This document shows, piece by piece, positions 13,266 through 24,443 of a stretch of 64,000 nt of DNA. The stretch is taken from assembly GCA_030704615.1 (NCBI GenBank), contig CM060732.1:2046001-2110000 (forward strand). Direction: 5' to 3'. The notes beneath the pieces are model-generated. The model did not search any database, was not told where the DNA came from, and saw only the letters and a list, made by a program, of their open reading frames with translations. The position numbers and the translations under genes are program-made. Numbering within the stretch: the first letter of the stretch is position 1; each line of letters begins with the position of its first letter. This DNA is from Takakia lepidozioides (taxonomy: Eukaryota; Plantae; Bryophyta).

Positions 13266-15791
13266 TTAGATTACTGGCATAGAATCATCAAAGTCCATGA
13301 CTGTTTCCTGCCCTTCCAGCTTCATATTATAACTGGTCACCTTGCTGTTCAGGTCTGTGTTTCCTGTCACATAGGCAATTCGATTGATTGCTTGATACAG
13401 CCTGTGTCTACAATAAGATGCCACAGCCAATAGCTGTCCAATGGTAATCTCTGCTTTGGTCTTGCATATTACTTCAGCCAAAGTCCCTTCATTACTCTGC
13501 ATGTCTGCATCTTCTTTCTTCCTTTCATCCTCACTCACTTCTTCTTCTCCATCAGAATCAGAGGAATTTGCCATAGGAATATCAGTACTCTTCTGCATTT
13601 CCCTTATGGTATCTGCCACTTCTTTGTGCAGTTCTTTCTCATCTCTCCAAGCCTCATCATCTTCAGGCACATCACTGCCATCTTCATTATCATCATCTTC
13701 CTCAACTACTGGAGGTATTAGTTTGGCTTTGCTTCTTGTTACTATCATTGTACTTACTTCTGGTACAACACATGGCCTAACCATGTGAGCTGCCACCACT
13801 GGGCCCTCATTCACAGGAGCTCTCATCTCATTCTGGTGTCTAATCCAGAATGAACAGGCTGCCTTGCGATGTCCTGCCTGATTACAATAGTACACAGTTC
13901 TTCACCATTGGGTCCTCGCCCTTGGTCTGCTCTAGGATTATTTCTGTAATCCTGATTCCCTGGCTGGTAATTCCCCCTTGGATTACCCTGATAGTTGCCC
14001 CTGGAATTTCCTTGTCAATTCCCTCTTGAATTACCTCTCCCTTCCATACCATTGTTATAACCACCGGGCCTACCATAGTGGTCCTGATCACTGTTTCTTC
14101 TTGGCTGGGGCTGCACTTGATGCACCCTTACTTGCCTTGGTTCTCTTGCAGTTGTCCTTATGTTGTAGTAACAATTCTCAGTAGCATGGTTATCCATCTT
14201 ACAGATAGTACAATGTTTCTCCTTCATGTGGCATTCAGTGGTGGTATGGCCTTCATTCTGGCACTTTGCACACCAAACACCCTTCCTCCAATGTGTTGCA
14301 GCCTCTGTGGCATACTTCTTCAAGATTTCTTCTAATCTTTTCTCATAGTTATCCCTCTTCAACTTCTCCTTTCTCTTACTCTTTCTTTTCAGCTCTTGCT
14401 CTTCTTCCTCATCTGACTCATCCTCAGAGTCCTCATCATCTTTTTTCTCTCTCCTGAGCATTCCCAATTGCTCAATTCTGTTCGCTTTTTCAAATGCCTC
14501 CTCCACTGTATTATGGGGTAACATATCCACTTTCTTTTGCAATTCTGGTCTTAATCCACTCACAAACCAAGTCTTCTGTAAACTTGGTGCTGGTACAGCA
14601 GCCAGCTTTTTCATCATCAATTCCATTTTTTTCCATATACTCCTCAACAGTTTCATGCTTCTTTTGCTTTAACTATTGTAAACTTTCATACACTTCATCC
14701 TCAGTTTTACTTGTCCTGAACCTATTTTGGAATGTTGTATTCAAGCCATTCCAGGTTAGGAAATGATTATCAGGGAATCTTGCATACCATTCACTTGCTT
14801 TCTTGATAAGTGAACAAGGAAACAATCTCATCTTGGCATCCTCGCCATTCTCATTGTTCACAATACGCATGTGCTCAAATTGGCTAATGTGTACATCGGG
14901 ATCCCCTTTTCCTGAATATATTGGAAAAGGTGGTTTTGCCCGTGTTGGTTGTAACGCCATCTGTGGCCCTACCCTCTGCCCACTAACAGATGCTGGCCCC
15001 CTTGCTGGTGCTGGTCCTTGAGGACCTGTTGTAGTTGTGGTGGATCTTCCACCAAGTGGTGGCCCCTGAGCACTCCCTGCTACTGGCCCCACGATATTCA
15101 CAGTATTCCCAACTCCAGTTGCACTACTTCCCTCTCTCCCTGTCCCCCCAGAGCCAGATCCAGGCTGGCTGCCTGATCCCCCTGAGCCGACACCTTCGTT
15201 GGCCTGTGATCCAAGTGCTCCACTTGATCCAAGTCCAACGGGTTGGGATGTCCTGGTTGTAGTCTCAACCTCAGCTGTTGGGTCTACTTCTTCATACTCT
15301 TCCTCTTCCAATTTCTTCTCTTTGTTTTCATCCTCCAAGTTCTGCCCTTGGGTTTCTTCTTCACTCATATAACTCAACTGTAATGGTGTTGGAGAGTCTG
15401 AACTCTCCGTTGGCTCTGCCACATCCTCTCCTCCTCCTTCACCTTCCGTTTCAGAAACTGGAGTTCCTGCTTTTGGTGTTCCATGCCAACTCTTATCAAA
15501 GATTTCTGTCAAATCTTTTATCCAAGGATGTACCTCAGATCTTTCACCTCGTGATTGATCTTCTTCTCGTACCAATTCCCTTAATCTTTCTTGCAAAGAA
15601 AAAGAAAGAGTGGCATCCAACTCCAGTTCTTTCGGTATGGGTGATGTACTCTCTGATCTTAATGGTGTGAGAGGTCCAGATGATTCCCCTGTGTCTATTC
15701 TTCTCTCCCAAAGATATGGATAATTAGCTTTCAGATAACTTTCTCTTTTTGCTGAATATCTCTGGAGTCTAGCTTCTCTTTCATCACTCAT
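13266..15791 (-). pseudogene. Gypsy gag with zinc knuckles
   Basis: FPIYSGKGDPDVHISQFE...RLFPCSLIKKASEWY...TWNGLNTTFQNRF; FVSGLRPEL; CCHC knuckles CAKCQNEGHTTTEC, CTICKMDNHATENC and CYYCNQAGHRKAAC. Confidence 0.9.
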
Positions 15792-15912
15792 GTCCCATGT
15801 CTTTCATTTCTTTAATGTGGCAATAACCAAAACTCTCTTCTGTAGTATCTCTCGTATATGCCTAGGTTTCTTTCAAGCTTCAATGCACCCTTGGCTATAC
15901 TAGAAGTCTCTG

Positions 15913-16500
15913 TTACCATATAACCATATGGCAAACAAGTCTGGAAAGCTGTTCTTGGTGTGAGTTCAGAATATCCTTTGGAATCCAATTCTGTACCAGT
16001 ACAAGCTCTTCATGCATATGAGTATAAACATTCACCTTCCTTTCCTCCCAGCCTTCAAACTCTACTCGCTTAATGGATAGCAGTGCTATCACATAAACCA
16101 GTGTTGGTAACCAACGTGCTCTTCCCTTACAAGCCACCTGATAAATCTTTATCACTCCTTTCTCCAGACCCCACTCAGGGTCAACATGATGCACTCTTTT
16201 ACAAATGTTTTCTTTACAACCGTCTGGCAATTCCAAGAACCTCTGAGAGAATCGTTTGGACAATCTTTCCTTCTCAGTTTCACAGGGAATTTGATTCACA
16301 TCAAATTCTTTAATTCTCCAACCACCATGATCCCACCAGATGCCTGTCACATCTGGTTGTTCATGACCCAGTTCCCCAGTATGGTCGCCAAATATCGAGC
16401 GGCTTTTACTCACCCATCCCTTCGCTATCCGAGGTGGAAACTCCAAGATAGAAGAGTTGGATATCTCTAAGCACTCAGCCCGCTCAGTACAATCAATCAT
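15913..16500 (-). CDS. Extra ORF upstream of gag, unknown function
   Basis: 195-aa ORF of normal complexity inside the element, on the same strand as gag. No recognised domain. Confidence 0.4.
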   Translation of the reverse strand: MIDCTERAECLEISNSSILEFPPRIAKGWVSKSRSIFGDHTGELGHEQPDVTGIWWDHGGWRIKEFDVNQIPCETEKERLSKRFSQRFLELPDGCKENICKRVHHVDPEWGLEKGVIKIYQVACKGRARWLPTLVYVIALLSIKRVEFEGWEERKVNVYTHMHEELVLVQNWIPKDILNSHQEQLSRLVCHMVIW

Positions 16501-17123
16501 GACCTGCAGCTAGTGAATCATGGTTGTGCTTCCCATGTGTATTCCTTCTTGCCTTCATGTTATCAATTTACCTTATCTGATACTGAAGCATCAGATTGCT
16601 TCAGTATCTTCTTAGTTCCAGCTAATCATGCATTCATTTCACAGCTTCACTCATGTCTCTCTACACAGTGTGCTTGTATCGAATAAGTATCAGATTACGA
16701 TTTATCAGGTACTAGGCCAATGTCAAAGTGACTCTAATCCGCCCTACAGTATCACTACAACTCTGCATGAAATAAACCTCCATCAAGTCATCATCTCCTC
16801 TTCTGTGTAATCGTCATCCCTATGCTCCGAGATCGTGCCCTCCGTCTGACCTTCTCCCCTGATGTCTAAGAAGTGATTCAAGAAGTGATCCAAAAAGTGA
16901 TCCCCCAGAAGTCCCCGCTCTTGGCTTGATCTACCTACAAGTTGTTCTAACCGCCTTCCTCACTAACCGTCACCCCTGAAGTAACATATTCCCTCTGCAG
17001 ATGTCGTTCCCACACAGTCGTTCCCTGTCCATGTTAACCGTTCCCCCTGTACTGTGACAACTGTGCATGCCATTTTCCCAGTCTCGGGGGTAGTCACCCC
17101 AAGGACTTAGCCATTTCTTGACA

Positions 17124-19144
17124 ACCAATTGTCATGCCCCACACAAGCCGTTTTACATCCACGAACTCCGGGGACTACAATGGCCACAGATCAAAGAGGA
17201 GCACCACATATTTACCTGTACAGAAGGCGCATTGCCGCTTTGTCCCATTCGGCTGGTCGGTGAACTCGTGGCTCCGGCGGGCTTGCGGTATCTCTCGAAA
17301 GAACAGGTCGGTTTTGTAGAGCAGAAAGTACCTCGTCACATAGTCGCATAGGCTATCTGCTTCTCCTAAAATCTCCAGCTTGAACTGATGTGCTTGGGTG
17401 TCAAGCTGCTCTTGCGCATTCGTCGTCACCTATGGAGATTCTCCATCAGACCGCGTTCCTCAATAAATACAAGAAATCCACCAGATACAAGAGTAGAAGC
17501 GCCAAATGAAGCGTGGGAAAGTACCTGAAACCACCATGTCATGTGGTGCATCCACATGTCGAATGTGGGGTCAGACAGTTTGTCGGGTTTGGGGAAGCTC
17601 CACATGTCCCTTGTACTCTGGGACCCATTCCAGATTTGGAGCCACCGGGTCTGTCCAACCACCGTGCATATTAGTCAGCGCAAAACACCATGAAAACGAA
17701 TTGTTGCCACAAGAGAATTTGGTTAAGAATGTATAACCTTCTCTGTTGCATCCACACATGCTGTGGCTAGACGATGCAGCTTTTCCAGTGTCATCGTGGG
17801 CTTAAGAGCGCGGGAGTAGTGCTTCCCCACCTCCACTAGAAAGTCGGCACCAAGGGCCGGATCAGCAATGGCCACGTACTTCACCATCCGCGACTTGTAC
17901 TTGATGCGAGCCTTCGCCTCCGCAACTTTCAGATATGATTCCAGTGCCAGGAGGGTTAGTTTCTTCTCCTCTGACTCCATGTAGAACCTCCGCGTATGTG
18001 CCAAATCCTGCTGAATTTTTGTCTGTCAACAATGCGCACATAAGATTAGAAATCTTGGTCCACACTTTTTCTTCTATTGGGGGAGCAAAGACAGATTAGG
18101 TCAACAAAAGAGTTGGGAGCTGTACCCAAAATATGTAGTCCACCATGGCGTCCATGCTCAGCCTATACCAGGTTATGTCTGCCTTTGTCTCCGACTTGCG
18201 CAGTAGGTCGGTACTGAGCGAATTGGCAAACTCTTGCACCCCCTGCTCCCGACATCCTTCACTCGGAAGAGCATGTGGGACAAGTTGGTGGCAATGAAGG
18301 CATTCTCAGTTACCCTGCAATGCCTTCCATTAAACAATATTGAAATGAGAATTTGCAACAAATATGACGATTGGCAATGAAATGAGTGTTTCAAATTCAA
18401 AGTTCCAAAGCAAGAGGCATTGTAACTTATGAGTTGATGTCTGCCATTGCAGCTTTGAGAAGACTGCGATCTTTGGGCCCCGCAACCTTCAGCACAACAC
18501 GCTCCACGGCGTAATGCCAATCCAGGTCGTTGGGGTGGGCTTGGGCTATGTGCTCCATCCATGCCAGGAGGCGATGATTGTCGTCCCACACGTAATACAT
18601 CTTTCTGAACAAGTGGTGGAAAAGAGGATCAGTAGCAATCAATCTCTCGAACTCCTCATTTCGCCTTTGCCAATGGGGACCCCATTTGTCCACCTCATCG
18701 GAAGTGTGGGCACGAGAAGCTCCGTGGTCATTCTCAATGGAAACATAAAACGTGGCAGACCCCATTCAATATCCCTCCCGGAAAGAGAATTTCAGCTTGT
18801 CGATATCGCCTGGGAGGGCAGGTCTCACCACCTACAATGATACCAAGCGGCAGAGAGGAATCTGAAGCTTTGCCGGGTACACCATGCCCCCCCCTGCCAA
18901 TGTTGTTGTGGGTTGCCTCCAACATCTTGGTAGCGGCCAACTTCATATCCGCCTCCGACATGACGTCTGCTGTAGGGGGGTTCTCCGGCAGCCCACCAGG
19001 ACCACCAAATCCAGCCTGTATGCTCTCGGGTTTCGGGCCCCAGGCCCCAAACCCCCGGGAGGATGTCATCCTGGTCAGAAAGGTCCCTCTCGTCGTCCTC
19101 AACTTCGTCAATCACCGGCGGAAGCACCGAGTGCCCTCTCCCCG
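17124..19144 (-). pseudogene. ParB/Sulfiredoxin-like domain gene, copy 1 (introns, stops, truncated at both ends by insertions)
   Basis: KLQIPLCRLVSL*VVRPALPGDIDKLKFSFREGY*MGSATFYVS...KMYYVWDDNHRLLAW...WHYAV...AAMADIN aligns with 62598-63275. The downstream exons are also homologous (TNLSHMLF vs TSLVHTLY; TWYRLS vs TWYSLT). Confidence 0.7.
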
Positions 19145-19869
19145 CACTACTATGTTTAGGGGGGGGTTAGCAACGTCGGGACCCCGGGCACACCGGACGT
19201 GACGACCCTCCTGTGACTGCAGCGCCGCGCAGGCGCCCGGCCCGGAAATTGTGACGTCGGCCCGTCGCCGCCGCGCCGCTCCGGTGACGCTTCGCCTGCT
19301 TGAGATTCCGCCATGTCGCTGCTGTTGGGGATGACCCGCCAGCGAGCTGGGGGTTGCGACGCCCGGGCGTCACACTTACCCTCTGCGACGCAGGCTGCGA
19401 CTGCCGGGAATCACAACAACACCCCCTCACACTTAGGCACGTGGGAAGGGCCGAGTCAGGTCGCATTGGGGTTTGCGCCGTCCAGACGTCGCCAAAATGC
19501 CACAATGGCGAGGTTGCAATTCCCCGCAGTCGCATGCCTGCTGGGGCGTCGCAAGTGCCCTCTTGCCTGGGGGTCTAGGATTGGGAATTGCTGCTATGTA
19601 ATAATTGTTTTTTGGTTGTGTTTTGTTCTATGAATTGACCCTTGCACCACTACATCCGTGCAAAATATTGGACCAAAAATAAAAATAAAATAAAAAAGTG
19701 TTTTCTTCATTCACTATTGCAGAACTCTCTTTGAATAGTGCATGAAGTTGAAGACAACTCAACTTTGGAGTGCAAATGAGGGAAGAAAATACGGCTTTGG
19801 GGCCAAATGGTTTTTATTCACTCTCAAATTTTTCACGCACATTGCATATGCTGTCATTAAGCATATGGT

Positions 19870-20331
19870 TTAAGAACGGTGCAGTGGAATAGAATGAAGG
19901 AAACAGACATTGAAGACACATTTGGAACGGTGGGGGAAGTGCGGAAAGTGCAAGCTCAAACAAACCTGATGAAATGTGAATGTTGAAGAGACAAACGTGT
20001 GCCCACTGACAAATCCAGAACTTTGGCGTCTGTGTAGGTGCAGCACTCCACAATCGTCCTGAATGTCTTTGTCAGCCAGTGGGGCAAGTGCCGCGGCGTT
20101 GTCGTTAAGGTTTCTCAAAACAACTTCATCGAATGGTGTGTCCTGTTTTGGCAGATCGAGATACCACCCACAGTCTCTGAAGTGCGCCCTGCTCCAGTCT
20201 CTGGCAATACCAGCCGTGTACATTGTCTTGTCATTGGAGGGGTCAGCCCATGAGTAGATGAAGTCTGGGTCATCGCTAAGGTACTTTCCCGGTATGAGGA
20301 CATGATACATGTACCTGAATGACACACACAC
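19870..20331 (-). pseudogene. Internal fragment of the ParB-like gene family (third copy)
   Basis: YMYHVLIPGKYLSDDPDFIYSW...TAGIARDWSRAHFRDCGWYLDLPKQDTPFDEVVLR aligns with YIKYVLMAENCLDKHPDFVDLW...TTGILHDWGPDHLSACGWYLDCPTSETPAQEVSLR at ~61140-61345. Confidence 0.75.
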
Positions 20332-21039
20332 CCAAAATCCAGACAGTCAATCGATCTGATCACGACACAGATCACACAAAGGGTATTGGCATGCAGGTCA
20401 GTAACACTGATATACTAACGTTTGAAAGCCCGAATCAACCTTGCGTTGACGCAATGTTGATTCGAGCTAAAATGGAAAACACCAAATTTGGAGAACTGCA
20501 CTTTCAACAAGCACCTACGAGAGGGAAAGCCCATTATCCTAAAACATCTCATGCACAACATGGAACCCCAATCAAAAAATCATGTGTAAACGAAATGCAG
20601 TTTTTCATCTCTAAAACACGTATATGTGTTCAATACTTGAATGACCCATTGAATGAACTTGGTTCAAGTTCATATTTGGTCCACACGCGCTTAAGTATGT
20701 CCAAATCACATATGCAAAGTCTCAAAAGATAAGCAACATTAAGAAATATGCTCATCAACAATGCATGAACTTGAAGAGAACTCAACCTTGGAGTGCAAAT
20801 GAGGGAAGAAAATATGGTTTTGGGTGCAGATGATGTCTGTTCACTGCCAAATTTTGCATGCACGTTGCACATGTTGTCATTAAGCATATGGTTTAAGAAT
20901 GGAATAAATTTATTTCCTCAACAGACTCTGGAATGTAAAGACGCTGCAAGCTTTCCCCGTGATACAACAAAGACGAAAATAGATTTGGAAAACTAGGAAG
21001 TTTTGGCACTGAGTTGTTTTCTGAATTGACAGAGACATT

Positions 21040-21830
21040 GATTGGAGATGAAATGCATGGAGAATGCTTGCATTGTTTTTTTTCACTGTCTCCATAGAAG
21101 ACCAATGATCGTTGAAGCTTTTAATTGCATAATAATTGATGAAGATGCACAACAAATAGAAGTAGAGACTGATATTATCACCTAGATGAAGGAACTGAAG
21201 CAGATCATTCTTGTTGGAGATCACTCGGTGTATAAAGCTTTGGCCTTATTTCAAAATCATTATCAAATCAACAAATCATCAAATCAAATCATGAATACAA
21301 TACAATTGCACGTTGTTGCACTCCAGTTGCACGTCGTTGCCTTTGTGGGAGTTGTTTGACATAATCACCTAAGTCGTAGCAGACAGCCACAGTCAAGAGA
21401 CAACGTTGACATCTAGATACATCACTGGAATGGTTGGAGATGGAATGCATGGAGAATGCTTGCATTGTTTTTTTGCACTGTCTCCATAGAAGGCCAATGA
21501 TCGTTGAAGCTTTTAATTGCGTAATAATTGATGAAGATGCTCAACAAGTAGAAGCAGAGACTGATATTATCACCCAGATGAAGGAAGTGAAGCAGATCAT
21601 TCTTGTTGGAGATCACTCGGTGTATAAAGCTTTGGCCTTATTTCAAAATCAACATCAAATCAAACTTCAAATCAACAAATCATCAAATCAAATCATGAAT
21701 ACAATACAATTGCACATCGTTGCACTCCAGTTGCACGTCGTTGTCTTTGTGGGAGTTGTTTGACATAATCACCTAAGTCGTAGCTAGCAGACATCCACTG
21801 TCAGGAAACAATGTTGACATCTAGATACAT
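21040..21830 (+). pseudogene. Tandemly duplicated UPF1/DNA2-NAM7-like SF1 helicase fragments (motifs II-III)
   Basis: FNC(I/V)IIDEDAQQ(I/V)E.ETDIIT.MKE.KQIILVGDH occurs in two ~390-bp units. A partial third unit without the motif lies near 22115. Confidence 0.7.
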
Positions 21831-23247
21831 CAGATAACTTGTAGAGAACCTCGGATTATGTGTATGCTAAACTTCTTTGGTGGCATCCTCGATTCCTTGA
21901 CGAATTCGAAAGATTTTGTCACAGAACGACGCAATTGCAATCGGCCCCAAATACTCTTTGTCACAGAAAAACGCGCGCACAATGCTCAGGTAGGATGGTA
22001 GAGAGAAGCACAACCTCGGATGATTTTGCTTTGTATATCGGATGAGATCCCATTAACATTTCCACCTCCATGTGATTTACATAGCGTAGAGTCTTGGTGC
22101 CAATTTGCATCACTTGCTCCAGTTGCACGTCGTTGCCTTTGTGGGAGTTGTTTGACTATCACCTAGATAAGTCGTAGCAGACATCCAATGTTAGGAGACA
22201 ACGTATAACTTCTAGGGAACCTTGGACTAGGCGCATACTAAACTTCTTTGGTGACATCCTCGATTCCTTGACAAATTCGAAAGGTGGACAATCTCATCGA
22301 AAAAATCCAAGAGCTTGAGAAAGCACCTCGGAATCTAAAGAATGAGAGAGACAGACAACTGCGTTCTCCCTCTCCTCAAATGCCATCACAAAAAACTCGC
22401 GCACATGCTCAGGTAGGATGGTAGAGATAAGCACAACATCGGATGATTTCGCTTTGTAAAAGGCTTTGGCTTTATTTCAAGATCGTGGTTGCTGCGAAAG
22501 AAGAGCATTTTGTGAACGAGTTTGTTGTAGCGGAAGAACAAGGGCCATAAATTACGCACATTTCAATATGTAGAGGTTGCTTGGTTACATTGCACTAATT
22601 TAAACCAGGATCGTCAAAAGGAAAGAACAATGCTGGTTGAACAATACTCACAACTGCGAACAGTTCCAAACTATCATTAGAGTGTCCCATGTTAGAGATG
22701 CAAGAAAGACAAGAGAATGACTTAATGAAAATGACAAGAGAATGACTCACATGCTTAATGACTGCGTGTGCAATGTGCGTGCAAAATTTGGCAGTGAACA
22801 AAAGTCATCTGGACTCAAAACCATATTTTCCTCCATCATTTGCTCTCCGAGGTTGAGTTTTCTTCAACTTCATGCAGGGCCTACGACGTCGGGGGTGAAT
22901 ATTTCTTCTTGATGCTCGTCATTTGCAACTTTGCATATGTGATCTGAAAAAGTTTAAGCACATGCGGACCAAATATGAGCTTGAACCAAGTTCAGTCAAT
23001 GGATCATTCGAGATTTCAACGAAACTACGTGTTGTGGAGACTAGTGTTTCGACTGCACACAAATTTTTTATAATTCCACTTTCAAGCCATATGTTTAATG
23101 ACAACATATGCAATGTACATGCAAAAATTGGGAATAAACAAAAGTCATCTGGACCCAAAACCGTATTTTCTTCCCTCATTTGTACCCCAAAGTTAAGTTC
23201 TCTACAACTTCATGCACTCTTTATAGAGAGTCTAAAAAAGAGAGCAA

Positions 23248-23298
<51 letters not shown>

Positions 23299-23507
23299 CC
23301 TCCCAATATTTTGCACAGATGTAGTGGTGCAAGGGTTGAATTCACAAAAAATATTTGAGTAAAAATAAAAATCATTACGTACCAGAAATCCTCGCTAGGA
23401 CGGCCTAGCGACGTTCCAGTAGGCCACGACGTTGGGGAGTCGCAAGGATTCCATTTCCCCCTTGGCCGCCAAGTGCCGAGGGCACGCCACCTCGCGGGGG
23501 TTACGAC

Positions 23508-24233
23508 CAGTATTGTGCGGTTCTTGCCATATTGAACCTCCGGTTCCGGTTCCTTGGTATATTTAAAGAGACGGTTCCGGTTCCGGTTCCGGGTACTTTT
23601 TGGGAAGGAACCGCCGGTTCCAGTTTCCGGTTCCGGTTCTCTATTTTTTGAATTTTAAAATATATATTAAATTTTATTTTTTATAAATCTGAAAATGATT
23701 TATGAATAGTTATATAAAATCTTTTGACCCTGTTATATAAAAAACAACACAACATTCATATACAAATTTATGAAATAATAATAATGCAATGTAAGCGAGT
23801 ATAAATTAATGTGTGTAGAGTACACAAAGAAATCATTTTATCTCAAACAACTTTGCCTCTGCAATCAACTTCTCGTTGTCATGTAAGTGGACTTCCTCAC
23901 TATTCAAAAACAGACGTGAGAGACGATGCAACGTGGGGGGAAAAAAAAAAAAAAAAAAAAAAAAACTGTTGTTTACGATGCTACCTCCCTGCGCTGCTCC
24001 CTCCTCCGTGCTGATGCTCGCGCTGCTGCAGCACATCGCGCAGGTGGGAGGTGCGAGACTACAGAACCAGGAAAACCAACCCAAAAAAAAAAAAAAAAAA
24101 AACGCTGCTCCCTCCCTCACGCGCTGATCCCTCTCCCCCGCGCTGAGGCGGGCGTTGCTCCCTCCCCCGCACTGAAATCGCGCTATTACAGCAGATCGTG
24201 CAGATTAGAGGTGAGAGACGACAGATCACGGAG

Positions 24234-24266
<33 letters not shown>

Positions 24267-24443
24267 CCTAGTGCAGGAACCGGATCTGGAACCGCCACTG
24301 ACCCCGCCATTCTAATTCCCAGCCACTTCCTGGAAAAACCCATACCCGCCGGTTCCGGTTCTGGAACCGGTTCGTCCCTGCTCCCCCGATTCCGGTTCCG
24401 GTTCCGGTTCCAACTCGCCTAAGCGGGTACCCGCACAACACTG
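23508..24443. mobile_element. Non-autonomous hAT-type element
   Basis: TIRs CAGTATTGTGCGG / CCGCACAACACTG. TSD gttacgac (23500-23507) / gttgcgac (24444-24451). (CCGGTT)n subterminal arrays at both ends. Confidence 0.9.

Larger units (their letters stand above)
11270..17123 (-). mobile_element. Ty3/Gypsy LTR retrotransposon (non-chromovirus, Tat/Athila-like RT), 3'-truncated and pseudogenised
   Basis: It begins TGTCAAGAAATGG at 17123, where the ParB-like ORF breaks. Domain order is gag - protease - RT - RNase H, with no integrase or 3' LTR. There are stops or frameshifts at 14673, ~14015 and 13266. Confidence 0.9.

Noticed and set aside
19638-23326. CACTACATC...GATGTAGTG as CACTA termini
   Set aside because: The inverted homology continues outward past the motif, so it is internal to a longer repeat.
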